From: an uncultured delta proteobacterium
Lineage (GTDB): Bacteria; Desulfobacterota; Binatia; Binatales; Binataceae
Length of the DNA stretch: 64,000 bases
Direction: 5' to 3'
Assembly (NCBI GenBank): GCA_963789115.1
Contig: CAWBJH010000002.1
Coordinates: forward strand, 447,412 to 511,411
How positions within the stretch are numbered: position 1 is the stretch's first letter; each line of letters begins with the position of its first letter. The notes under the pieces were generated by a model, which was given only the letters and a program-made list of their open reading frames with translations, was not told where the DNA came from and searched no databases. The position numbers and the translations under genes were made by a program. This document shows positions 1-8,546 of the stretch, piece after piece.

Positions 1-25
1 CGTCTCGCCCGCCCTTGGGACCCGT

Positions 26-478
26 TTGCCAAGCGAAGAACCATACCGAATTTACCGAAGAAAACTTCCGCACATTCGGATGGAAGGCGCGACCTACTTC
101 GTCACTTGGCGTCTGCGTGCAGACCAGGCGGAGTTAACTCGGACAGAGCGGGCCGCGACTGCTGACGCACTTCGCTATCGCGATGGCAGCCTCTACCATC
201 TGGGCGGTTACGTGGTGATGAACGACCATGTGCACGTGGTGGTGGAGCCGATCGCGGGGCACCCCCTGGAAGCGATCGTGCAAGCCTGGAAGTCCTACAC
301 CGCTCATCGCTTTCGGCTTGAGGGCTCGCGCACGGGCGCCGTCTGGCAGGACGAATATTTTGACCGCGTCCTTCGAAGCGAAATGGAGCTGACCGAGAAA
401 CTGGAGTACATCCAGGGTAATCCCTTCAGGCGCTGGCCCGAATTGGATATCTACCCATGGCTATGGGTCGCCGGCTGA
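26..478 (+). CDS. REP-associated tyrosine transposase (RAYT, IS200/IS605 TnpA-like Y1 HUH enzyme), copy 1
   Basis: 150-aa ORF with TTG start. HUH motif in VMNDHVHVVV and catalytic-Tyr motif EYIQGNP. Flanked by inverted REP hairpins. Confidence 0.8.
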   Translation: MPSEEPYRIYRRKLPHIRMEGATYFVTWRLRADQAELTRTERAATADALRYRDGSLYHLGGYVVMNDHVHVVVEPIAGHPLEAIVQAWKSYTAHRFRLEGSRTGAVWQDEYFDRVLRSEMELTEKLEYIQGNPFRRWPELDIYPWLWVAG

Positions 479-511
479 GAGATTGCGCCGAACTGAAGAG
501 GCGAAGATAGC

Positions 512-530
512 GACGGGCGAGACGCCCGTC
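512..530. repeat. REP hairpin GACGGGCG-AGA-CGCCCGTC (3' of RAYT copy 1)
   Basis: Perfect 8-bp stem with a 3-nt loop. The loop is complementary to that of the 5' REP, which implies inverted orientation. Confidence 0.8.
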
Positions 531-640
531 CCCACTTCGGGAGCCGTCCGCAGGCTGATGCTAAAGTAATGGTTTCATTTGGAGATTTGCATTTTTGCTG
601 AACAGAGTCTTGATTGAATCTGGATTGAATCCTGATTGAA

Positions 641-1129
641 GTGGTGGCGGGCGTCTCGCCCGCCCTTGGGACCTGTTTGCCAAGCGAAGAACCATACCGA
701 ATTTACCGAAGAAAACTTCCCCACATTCGGATGGAAGGCGCGACCTACTTCGTCACTTGGCGCCTGCGTGCAGACCAGGCGGAGTTAACTCGGGCCGAGC
801 GGGCCGCGACTGCTGACACACTTCGCTATAGCGATGGCAGCCTCTACCAACTGGCCGGTTACGTGGTGATGAACGACCATGTGCACGTGGTGGTGGCGCC
901 AATCGCGGGACGCCGCCTCGAAGCGATCGTTCAAGCCTGGAAGTCCTACACCGCCCATCGCTTTACGCTTGAGGGCTCGCGCACGGGCGCCGTCTGGCAG
1001 GACGAATATTTTGACCGCGTCCTTCGAAGCGAAATGGAGCTGACCGAGAAACTGGAGTATATCCTGGGTAATCCCTTCAGGCGCTGGCCTGAGTTGGACA
1101 GCTACCCATGGCTATGGGTCGCCGGCTAA
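641..1129 (+). CDS. RAYT copy 2 (the start equivalent to copy 1 is TTG at 677)
   Basis: 11 aa differences from copy 1 over the shared 150 aa. HVHVVV is retained. The Tyr motif reads EYILGNP. Confidence 0.8.
   Translation: MVAGVSPALGTCLPSEEPYRIYRRKLPHIRMEGATYFVTWRLRADQAELTRAERAATADTLRYSDGSLYQLAGYVVMNDHVHVVVAPIAGRRLEAIVQAWKSYTAHRFTLEGSRTGAVWQDEYFDRVLRSEMELTEKLEYILGNPFRRWPELDSYPWLWVAG
646..664. repeat. REP hairpin GGCGGGCG-TCT-CGCCCGCC (5' of RAYT copy 2)
   Basis: Perfect 8-bp stem. The same motif is cut by the window start at 1-13. Confidence 0.8.
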
Positions 1130-1161
1130 GAGATTGCGCCGAACTGAAGAGGCGAAGATAG

Positions 1162-1180
1162 CGACGGGCGAGACGCCCGT
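1162..1180. repeat. REP hairpin GACGGGCG-AGA-CGCCCGTC (3' of RAYT copy 2)
   Basis: Identical to the hairpin at 512-530. Confidence 0.8.
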
Positions 1181-1364
1181 CCCCGCTTCGGACTATGAGT
1201 TTTGCGTCGAGTTGTATTGAAGCTGTAGTGAATCCGGATTGAATCCTGATTGAAGTGGCGGCGGTCGCCCCCGGCGCATGCGTCTCGCCCGCTCTTGGGG
1301 CCCGTTCGCCAAGAGAAGAACCATACCGTAGACGCGAGTCCCCGCTTCACACAAAGAGGCAAAT

Positions 1365-1820
1365 TTAGTATCGCTCGGGCGGCGGCACTCCGGGCGCCAG
1401 CAGGCCCTTGCCCGGTACGTGATTGACCTCGATCCGGATTCCGTCCGGATCCTCGAACAGCACCGAATAATAGCCCGGCGCCCACGGCCCTTGCTCCGGA
1501 GGATGAACGATCTTCGCGCCGAGTTCCTTGACCAACTGATGCACCGCGTCAACGTCGCCCGGCTCGCGCGCCCGGATGCAGACGTGATGCAACCCCACCC
1601 TATCCTGCACGAAGCGCTCGCCGCGATACTGCTCGGACGCTTTGACGATTCCGATCGCGGTGCGGCCGCCCACGCAATAGAGCACGCCGTCGCTCTTGAT
1701 TACCGGCTTGAGGCCGAGGAACGCGAGCAGCTTCTCGTAGAACGGAAGGCACTTCTCGAAGTTGCTCACCGTGAGCATCACGTGGGCCACGCCGTTGATT
1801 TCCACGTTTCGTTCCTCCAA
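1365..1820 (-). CDS. VOC/glyoxalase-bleomycin resistance-dioxygenase family protein
   Basis: 151 aa. N-terminal GVAHVMLTVSNFEKCLPFYEKLL and C-terminal FEDPDGIRIEV are typical of the VOC fold. Confidence 0.7.
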   Translation of the reverse strand: MEERNVEINGVAHVMLTVSNFEKCLPFYEKLLAFLGLKPVIKSDGVLYCVGGRTAIGIVKASEQYRGERFVQDRVGLHHVCIRAREPGDVDAVHQLVKELGAKIVHPPEQGPWAPGYYSVLFEDPDGIRIEVNHVPGKGLLAPGVPPPERY

Positions 1821-1887
1821 CGGGTCAGTTTAGCCATGCAGTCCCTACATGAGCCACCGAACCGCGACAACGGAGCGCGGGAGGTAC

Positions 1888-2898
1888 TCAGTGAAAAACC
1901 ATGCGCGCGGCGTTGGGTTGCTCGTGACCGAGGATCGGATGGGGCCGGTAGGGCTTCTCGAGCGCCTTGACTTCTTCCTCGCTGAGCTTGATATCCACGC
2001 CCTTGAAGGCCTCGGTGAGATGGTTGAGCTTGGTCGCGCCGACGATCGGCGCGGTCACTCCGGGCGCCTGCAGGATCCAGGCGAGCGCCACCTGCGACGG
2101 AGTCGCGCCCCGCGTGGCGGCAACTTTCCCGACCGCGTCCAGCACTTCGAAGTCATACTCGCGGTAGTACATGTTCTTGGCGAACTCGTCGGTGCGGGCG
2201 CGCGAGGTGGGGTCCTCGGCGTTGCGTTTGCGGTCACCCGACAAGAAGCCGCGCGCCAGCGGACTCCACGGGATCAGCGCCACGCCCCGGTCGAGGCAGA
2301 GCGGAATCATCTCGCGCTCCTCCTCGCGATAGACCAGGTTGTAGTGGTTCTGCATCGAGACGAAGCGATGCCATCCGTGCTCGCGCGCCGTGTAGAGCGC
2401 CTTGGAGAATTGCCATGCTGCCATGCTGGAGGCGCCGAGGTAGCGGACCTTGCCGGCCCGCACTAGCGAGTCCAGCGCGTCGAGCGTCTCCTCGATCGGC
2501 GTCGTGTAGTCCCATCGATGGATCTGGTAGAGGTCGATGTAATCGGTCTTGAGCCGCTTGAGCGACGCGTCGCAGGCTTCGAGGATGTGCTTGCGGGAGA
2601 GCCCGTGGCGATTGAGCCCGCCGCCCATCGGGCCGTAAAGCTTGGTCGCGATCACCACGTCGTCGCGCGGCGCCATCTCCTTAAGCCATCGCCCGGTTAT
2701 CTCCTCGCTCACGCCGGTCGAGTAGACGTCGGCGGTATCGAAGAAGATGACGCCGGCCTCGAGCGCGGCGGCGAAGAACGCGCGCGCCTCGTTGGCCTCC
2801 AGCACCCACTCGCGCCACTTCTTGTCGCCATAACTCATGCATCCCAGGCAGATTCTTGAAACGGTGATTCCGCTCTTGCCGAGCTTGCTGTACTGCAT
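1888..2898 (-). CDS. Aldo/keto reductase
   Basis: 336 aa. MQYSKLGKSGITVSRICLGCMSYG, FFDTADVYS and IDLYQIHRWD are AKR hallmarks. Confidence 0.85.
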   Translation of the reverse strand: MQYSKLGKSGITVSRICLGCMSYGDKKWREWVLEANEARAFFAAALEAGVIFFDTADVYSTGVSEEITGRWLKEMAPRDDVVIATKLYGPMGGGLNRHGLSRKHILEACDASLKRLKTDYIDLYQIHRWDYTTPIEETLDALDSLVRAGKVRYLGASSMAAWQFSKALYTAREHGWHRFVSMQNHYNLVYREEEREMIPLCLDRGVALIPWSPLARGFLSGDRKRNAEDPTSRARTDEFAKNMYYREYDFEVLDAVGKVAATRGATPSQVALAWILQAPGVTAPIVGATKLNHLTEAFKGVDIKLSEEEVKALEKPYRPHPILGHEQPNAARMVFH

Positions 2899-3016
2899 CG
2901 TTCTCTCCGGTTGCCGTCGGTTGTTTTATCAAACTCCGGCGGCGCGGGCACCGTGTCAAGCGCGACAAGCTCGACCCCCACCCCCCTCCCCGGCCGTCGC
3001 GGTTGCGCGAATGCCT

Positions 3017-3916
3017 TTACGCCAGCCGGCGAAGGCGCCGGGCGGCGGATGCGCGCGCGCTCGCGAACGCGGGCAGATCTTTCTCGTAGGGGAAATCCTC
3101 CAGATGGCGCGCGACGGCGTCGGCGTCGCCGTGGCTGTCGGCGCGCGTCAGGATGTGAGCCACGAGCATCGCAACCGGAAAATAGATGAAGACGCCGGCC
3201 CAGGCGATCTCCGCCGCGCCAATCCGGAACAGCATCGTGATACCGAAGCACACGATCCCCGCATACAGTGCGGGCCCGAGCAGCGCGCGCGAGGGTAACG
3301 ACTCCATGACGCCGGACGGTTTCGATGCGCTGTGGTCGAGCCGGGCATCCAGCCGTTGGAAGATCGCCACTGTGATCGCCGCGACCAAGAACCACCCCAG
3401 GTAATTGCTGATCGGCACCCCGAAATACGGACCAGGCGGGTCGTACCAGAAAATCCGCCGCAGGAACCATCGGTCTCCCAGCACGCTCAGCGGATCGATC
3501 ACCATGTCCACCATCACCATGAACAGCGCCGCCATCAGCCACACCCGCGGCGCGCGCCTGAGTTCCCGCGTGTCGAGCAAGCGAAGATCGTAGCCGTTGC
3601 GATAGAGCGGCGAGCTGACCAGCAGCGCCAGCGTGTAGCTCGCGAAGCTTAGAAAGCTGAACGAGATCGAATCCATGAACGGCACGCCGAAGATCCAGAG
3701 CTCGCGGCTGCGCGCGCTTTGGATGTAATGGTAGAGGCCAAAGGGGAAGCCGTTGTGTACCGAGCTCCATTCGCACGCCAGCGCGACCGCGTAGGTCAGC
3801 GCCGTGAACAGCACGGTCGTGCGGACCCCGAAGCTGACCAACGCGACGAACAAGTAGCAGGCCAGGAAGATGAACACGTAGGGCCGAAACGCGATGGTCG
3901 CAAGCAGCAGATGCAT
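3017..3916 (-). CDS. Polytopic membrane protein, carotenoid-biosynthesis-protein-like (DUF422-type)
   Basis: 299 aa with multiple TM helices. Lies directly downstream of hpnA. Family assignment is from memory only. Confidence 0.5.
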   Translation of the reverse strand: MHLLLATIAFRPYVFIFLACYLFVALVSFGVRTTVLFTALTYAVALACEWSSVHNGFPFGLYHYIQSARSRELWIFGVPFMDSISFSFLSFASYTLALLVSSPLYRNGYDLRLLDTRELRRAPRVWLMAALFMVMVDMVIDPLSVLGDRWFLRRIFWYDPPGPYFGVPISNYLGWFLVAAITVAIFQRLDARLDHSASKPSGVMESLPSRALLGPALYAGIVCFGITMLFRIGAAEIAWAGVFIYFPVAMLVAHILTRADSHGDADAVARHLEDFPYEKDLPAFASARASAARRLRRLA

Positions 3917-3921
3917 ATGCG

Positions 3922-4926
3922 TCAGGCGGCGGCCTTGACCGCGCCAATCTCGCGGAAGAACTCGATCGCCCGGGCGAGCCCGCCGTCGACCGCACGCGGC
4001 GCATAGCCCAGCTCGATACGCGCCTTCGAGGAGTCAAAGAACATTTTCTTGCGCGCCATCCTGACCTCGGTCAGGCTCGCCCGCGGAGCGCGCCGCGTCA
4101 CGGTGCGCGCGATCGCCTCCGCGCCGAGCGCAAAGCCGAATGCGACCGCGTAGGGAATTCGAATCTTCGGCGCCGGCAGTCCGGAGAGTTTCGCCAGGCG
4201 CCCGAACAATTCCGCCAGCGTCAGATCTTCGCCGCCCAGGATGTACTTCTCCCCCACCCTGCCGCGCTCGGCGGCGAGCAGATGGCCGCGGGCCACGTCC
4301 TCGACGTCAACCAGGTTGAGCCCGGTATCGACGTAGGCCGGCATCCGATGGTTCAGGAAATCGACGACGATCCTCCCGGTCGGAGTGGGCTTGTAATCGA
4401 GCGCGCCGACCGGGGTCGAGGGATTCACGATCACTACCGGCAGTCTCTCGCGCGCGGCGGCCAGCGCCGCCTGCTCGGCGAGAAACTTGCTGCGTTTGTA
4501 CGCGCCGACCATGTCCGCGAGCGCGACCGGCGTGTCCTCGCGCCCCGGGCCGTGTCGCGGAACGCCCAGCGTACCGACCGTGCTGGTATGGATCACACGG
4601 GTGACATTGGCGCGGCGCGCCGCCTCCAGCACGTTCCTGGTGCCCTCGAGATTGGCCGCGTACATCGGCGCCTCGTCGAGCACCCAGAGCCGGTAGTCTG
4701 CCGCGACGTGGTAGATCTCATCGCATCCGCGCACCGCGCGCTCGATCGATTCGCGCTCGCGCAGGTCGCCGATCACACGCTCGCAATCAAGTCCTTGAAG
4801 CGCGCGCAGATCGGCTCCTGCCCGGACCAGGACGCGCACGCGGTCGCCGCGCGCGAGCAGCGCGCGCGCCACGTGGCATCCCACGAACCCGTTGCCGCCG
4901 GTGACCAGCGCCGTCCTGTTCGCCAT
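3922..4926 (-). CDS. hpnA: Hopanoid-associated sugar epimerase HpnA (NAD-dependent epimerase/dehydratase)
   Basis: 334 aa with LVTGGNGFVGCHV Rossmann motif and HVAADYRLW. Sits in the hpn cluster. Confidence 0.8.
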   Translation of the reverse strand: MANRTALVTGGNGFVGCHVARALLARGDRVRVLVRAGADLRALQGLDCERVIGDLRERESIERAVRGCDEIYHVAADYRLWVLDEAPMYAANLEGTRNVLEAARRANVTRVIHTSTVGTLGVPRHGPGREDTPVALADMVGAYKRSKFLAEQAALAAARERLPVVIVNPSTPVGALDYKPTPTGRIVVDFLNHRMPAYVDTGLNLVDVEDVARGHLLAAERGRVGEKYILGGEDLTLAELFGRLAKLSGLPAPKIRIPYAVAFGFALGAEAIARTVTRRAPRASLTEVRMARKKMFFDSSKARIELGYAPRAVDGGLARAIEFFREIGAVKAAA

Positions 4927-4937
4927 CGCGATCTACG

Positions 4938-5086
4938 CTAGCAGGCTGCGGAAAAAGGTCTTTCCGCAGCCTGCTCTCCCCTCTGTAGTCTCCCCCGCTG
5001 GGGGAGAACTATAGGAAAGCAGCCAGTTTTACCGCAGGGTGCGGAAAGCCGCAGGGGTTGCATGGGAGTTTTCCGCACCCTGCTAG
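4938..5086. mobile_element. MITE-like element, family A, copy 1 (149 bp, CTAG-bounded)
   Basis: Runs CTAGCAGGCTGCGGAAA..TTTCCGCAGCCTGCT hairpin, then TCTCCCCC-GCTG-GGGGAGA hairpin, then GCAGGGTGCGGAAA..TTTCCGCACCCTGCTAG. The terminal CTA is the stop codon of hpnE. Confidence 0.75.
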
Positions 5087-6468
5087 GCCGCGGCCGCCAG
5101 GGCCCCGAGCGCGGCGGCGGCGGCGCGTCCCGCAATCACGGCGCTTTCGATGGTCGCGGGAAGGCCGGTCTGGATCCAGTCGCCGGCTATAAAGAAGTTC
5201 TTGAGCGGCGTTTCGACCGGTGGGCGGAGCTGATAGGAGCGCGGATTCGGCGCCATCGTGGCCTGCTTCTCCTTGAGCACCAGCGCCTTGACCACTTTGG
5301 CCTCTCGCGCCGCCGGGATCATCGCGTGCAGGTCGCCGATCACATTGGCGAGCAGCTCCTCGTTGCTGCGATCGACCAACGCACGCGCGCCGCTGATTAC
5401 GAAGCTCAAGTAGCCCGGGTCGCGCTCGCCGTGCTGCTCGAAGATCTTGCGCTTGTTGAACATCCACTGCGTGGCGGTACCGATAAAACCCACGAATGCG
5501 CTGTCGGTAACCGCGCGATCGAACCACACGTGGACGCAGATGATCGACGAGGTGTCCAGCTCACGCAGCCGCGCGAAGAACGGGTCAACCACCACGCCCT
5601 CGGGCAACATAGCGAGGAGCTGCTCCGGGGGAACCGCGGCAATGAAGTTGGCGGCCTCGAGCCGGCGCCCGTCGCGCAGGCGCACCCGGGCAACCGCGCC
5701 CTCGTCGTTCAACTCCAACGCTTCGACGCCTGCGCGCGCCACTACCACTCCACCGCGAGCTTCGATGAAGCTCGCGGCGGGCCGGCAGTAGAGCTCGCTC
5801 AGCCCGACCTTCGAGTAGACGAAGGCCGAATCCGAGCGGCGCGAAAAAAACGCGCGCTTGAGGACCTCCGCCAGCAGCGCCGCCGAGGCGCGTTGCGGGT
5901 CCTCGTTGAGCGTGGCGATCGCGAGCGGATACCAGAAGCATCGCCGGGCCCGCTCGCCCTGGCGCAGAACCTCCATCAGCTCGGCGACGGTCATCCGCTC
6001 CAGCGCGGCGCGGCTGCCGCGCCGCATCCGGAGCAGGCGCGCGCCGCCCGCCACCAGCCGGATTCGTTCCCGTGGGCTCAGATGGCGGTAGCGGATCAGC
6101 GCGCCGGCCATGTGCAGCGGACCGGGCATCCGCGCGGTGTAGAGGCATGCGCGTGCGCCGTCGGCCGCGAGCATCTCGATTTCGAGATTGCGATGGAAAA
6201 CCAGCTTGTCGAGCGTCCCGATCTGTTTGAGAAAGTCCAGCGTCTGCCTGTAGCAGCCCATCAGTACGTGCTGCCCGTTGTCGACCTGATCGCCCGTCTC
6301 GGGGTCGGCAAACGAGTAAGCGCGGCCGCCCAGCGCCGGCTTGCGTTCCAGGACCGCAACCCTAAAGCCCCGCTCGGCCAGCGCGACGCCGGCGCTCAGC
6401 CCGGCGAAGCCGGCGCCGATCACGACCACGTCTTTGGTCTCGACCATCGCCCCGCCTGCCATCCGCAC
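5083..6468 (-). CDS. hpnE: Squalene-associated FAD-dependent desaturase HpnE (likely ATG start at 6447)
   Basis: VVVIGAGFAGLSAGVALAERGFRVAVLERKPALGGRA dinucleotide-binding motif. Located between hpnA and hpnD. Confidence 0.85.
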   Translation of the reverse strand: MRMAGGAMVETKDVVVIGAGFAGLSAGVALAERGFRVAVLERKPALGGRAYSFADPETGDQVDNGQHVLMGCYRQTLDFLKQIGTLDKLVFHRNLEIEMLAADGARACLYTARMPGPLHMAGALIRYRHLSPRERIRLVAGGARLLRMRRGSRAALERMTVAELMEVLRQGERARRCFWYPLAIATLNEDPQRASAALLAEVLKRAFFSRRSDSAFVYSKVGLSELYCRPAASFIEARGGVVVARAGVEALELNDEGAVARVRLRDGRRLEAANFIAAVPPEQLLAMLPEGVVVDPFFARLRELDTSSIICVHVWFDRAVTDSAFVGFIGTATQWMFNKRKIFEQHGERDPGYLSFVISGARALVDRSNEELLANVIGDLHAMIPAAREAKVVKALVLKEKQATMAPNPRSYQLRPPVETPLKNFFIAGDWIQTGLPATIESAVIAGRAAAAALGALAAAA

Positions 6469-6470
6469 CC

Positions 6471-6705
6471 CTAGCAGGCTGCGGAAAAAGTATCCGCAGC
6501 CTGCGCCCTCTCTCTTATCTCCCCCTGGTCAGGGGGAGAAGATTTAGGTTCTTTCACCGCAATGCTCACTTCGTTCGAGCCGGCGGGAGGCTCGCCAGTG
6601 GGTCGAGCGAAGCGAGCGTGTCGGTGAAAACCAGTTTTCATGCAGGGTGCTTCTGCCATCGGCGACGTGTCTCGTCTCGCAAAGCGTTTTTCCGCACCCT
6701 GCTAG
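6471..6705. mobile_element. MITE-like element, family A, copy 2 (235 bp, CTAG-bounded)
   Basis: Same termini as copy 1 with a longer internal module. It is the reverse complement of the element at 48248-48535. The terminal CTA at 6702-6704 is the hpnD stop codon. Confidence 0.8.
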
Positions 6706-7631
6706 GCACCGCGGGCGAAGGGCAGGCGTCCGCTCGCCCAGGCGCGTCCGACCAGGTAAAGCTTGCGCGGCGCGGAAAGGGTCAACCGCCGCTCCATCAC
6801 GCGATAGTTGGATTGCTCGATCCGCCTGAGCAATGCGCCGTAGATAAGCCGCATCGCCTCGGCGGTGAGCAGCGTGGCGCGATCCTCCTGGGGCAGCGCG
6901 CCCTCGGCGGCCTCATAGTAGCCGCGCGCGCGATTGGCCTCGAACTCCATCAGGCGCTCGAAGCGCGAACTGTGAACGCCGCGCAGGATCTCGTCCTCGG
7001 TGACCTCGAACCGGGCAAGGTCGTCGAGCGGGATATAGATTCGGCCGCGGGCCGCGTCTTCCCGCACGTCGCGCAGGATGTTGGTCAACTGGAAGGCTAC
7101 ACCGAGGTTCTCGGCGTAGGTGCGGGTGGACGGATTGCGGTAGCCGAAGATCTCAATGGAGATCAGGCCGACCGCGGAAGCAACCCGGTGGCAGTAGAGG
7201 TAGAGAGCGTCGAAGTCCTGGTAGCGGGTACGCGAGAGATCCATCTCGACGCCGTCGATCACCTCCTCGAAGTAGCGACGCGGGATCGCAAAGCGAGCGA
7301 CGCTGTCGGCCAGCGCGCGCGACACCGCCCGGCTGGGCCGGCCGCTGAAAACCCGATCGAGCTCCTCACGCCATCGCGCGAGCAGTGCCGCGGGCTCGCG
7401 CACCGCAGCCTCGTCGGCGATATCGTCGATGAAGCGGCAGAACGCGTAGACCGCGAACAGCGCGCGGCGGCGCTCCGCCGGCAGCAACATGAAGGCGTAG
7501 TAGAAGTTGGAAGAGGCGCGGCGCGTGATCTCCGCGCATCGCGCGTAGTCCGCCTCGAGATCCGCCGCCGCTTCGCCCCGCATCCCGTTCTCCACTTGCG
7601 GCTCAGACCTCAAGCCGCCCGATGAATGCAT
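6702..7631 (-). CDS. hpnD: Presqualene diphosphate synthase HpnD (alternative start 7583)
   Basis: SNFYYAFMLLPAERRRALFAVYAFCRFIDDIADE squalene/phytoene synthase motifs. Confidence 0.85.
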   Translation of the reverse strand: MHSSGGLRSEPQVENGMRGEAAADLEADYARCAEITRRASSNFYYAFMLLPAERRRALFAVYAFCRFIDDIADEAAVREPAALLARWREELDRVFSGRPSRAVSRALADSVARFAIPRRYFEEVIDGVEMDLSRTRYQDFDALYLYCHRVASAVGLISIEIFGYRNPSTRTYAENLGVAFQLTNILRDVREDAARGRIYIPLDDLARFEVTEDEILRGVHSSRFERLMEFEANRARGYYEAAEGALPQEDRATLLTAEAMRLIYGALLRRIEQSNYRVMERRLTLSAPRKLYLVGRAWASGRLPFARGA

Positions 7632-8544
7632 GCCACCCCAGCCTCAGGTAGTCGAGTTTCCCAAGCTTCGGCCGCGTCCGAAATACGTCATAGCCGGCGC
7701 GTTCGATCGCGCGCAGAATCGCAAGCCCGCCCCCGGCAAACATCACGATGTCGCGCGAGAGCCGGCGGTCAACCAGCCGATACAGGGCGGCGCCTTGCAC
7801 AAGCATCGCGCGCGCCACCCCGATCTCGTGACGCATCAGCGCGATGAAGGCCGCGTTCACTGCCTGGCGGCGCAACTGGTCGGCGCCGTAGTCGAAACGC
7901 GCCAGGTCGGCGCGTGGAAAGTACACCCGCCCTTTGCCGAGATCGATCGCCACGTCCTGCCAGAAGTTCGCCAGCTGCAGCCCGCTGCATATGAGGTCCG
8001 AGAGCCGCTGGCGCTCGGCGTCGCGGTAGCCGAACAAGTACAGTACCAGCCGGCCGACCGGATTGGCGGAGTAGCGGGCGTAGCCGAGCAGATCCTCGAG
8101 CGTGTCGAAGCCCTTGAACTCCACGTCGGAGCGGAACGCACGCAGCAGGTCCGCGAACGGCTCGCGCGGTATATCGAAGCGCCGCACCGTTTCGTGAAGC
8201 GCGACGAACACCGGATGGCGCGGGGTGCCGGCGTAACAGAGATCGAGCTCGCGCTCCCAGGCGTCGAGCTTGCTCAGGCTGCGGTCCTCGTCGGCAAAGT
8301 CGTCCGCGATCCGCGCGTAGGCATAGATCGCGTGCATATGCGGACGCATCGCACGCGGCATCAGCCACGACGCGATCGTGAAGTTTTCGTAGTGCGAGCG
8401 CGCCAGCCGTGCGCAGAAAGCATAGGCCTGCGCCACAGCCGGCGCAGCGGCGTGCGGCGCGGCCGCATTCTCCGGTTCGGGCGCGGAGTACGGCATCGTG
8501 GCCGTGCCGCGCTGCGGAGCTGCCCTGAGCGTCGCATTATCCAT
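7603..8544 (-). CDS. hpnC: Squalene synthase HpnC
   Basis: HYENFTIASWLMPRAMRPHMHAIYAYARIADDFADE. The track ORF (to 9048) over-extends into dxr. The ATG at 8544 lies 2 nt after the dxr stop. Confidence 0.8.
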   Translation of the reverse strand: MDNATLRAAPQRGTATMPYSAPEPENAAAPHAAAPAVAQAYAFCARLARSHYENFTIASWLMPRAMRPHMHAIYAYARIADDFADEDRSLSKLDAWERELDLCYAGTPRHPVFVALHETVRRFDIPREPFADLLRAFRSDVEFKGFDTLEDLLGYARYSANPVGRLVLYLFGYRDAERQRLSDLICSGLQLANFWQDVAIDLGKGRVYFPRADLARFDYGADQLRRQAVNAAFIALMRHEIGVARAMLVQGAALYRLVDRRLSRDIVMFAGGGLAILRAIERAGYDVFRTRPKLGKLDYLRLGWHAFIGRLEV

Positions 8545-8546
8545 CG

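Larger units (their letters stand above)
1..1350 (+). repeat. Tandem array of RAYT/REP units: two full units (start codons 651 bp apart) plus a third ORF-less unit (5' leader joined to the 3' REP tail)
   Basis: Leader TGATTGAAGTGG..GGCGGGCGTCTCGCCCGCCCTTGGGAC..TTGCCAAGCGAAGAACCATACCG recurs at 1-50 (window starts inside it), 634-700 and, degenerate, 1245-1328. The 3' segment GAGATTGCGCCGAACTGAAGAGGCGAAGATAGCGACGGGCGAGACGCCCGTCCCC recurs at 479-535 and 1129-1185. Confidence 0.85.

Noticed and set aside
2835-4037. 400-aa minus-strand ORF spanning the DUF422-like gene and the hpnA 3' end
   Set aside because: It is out of frame with two better-supported genes and has low-complexity Arg/Ala/Pro composition.
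5062-6474. 470-aa plus-strand ORF opposite hpnE
   Set aside because: Antisense shadow of a gene with a clear FAD-binding motif. The composition is biased and there are no motifs.
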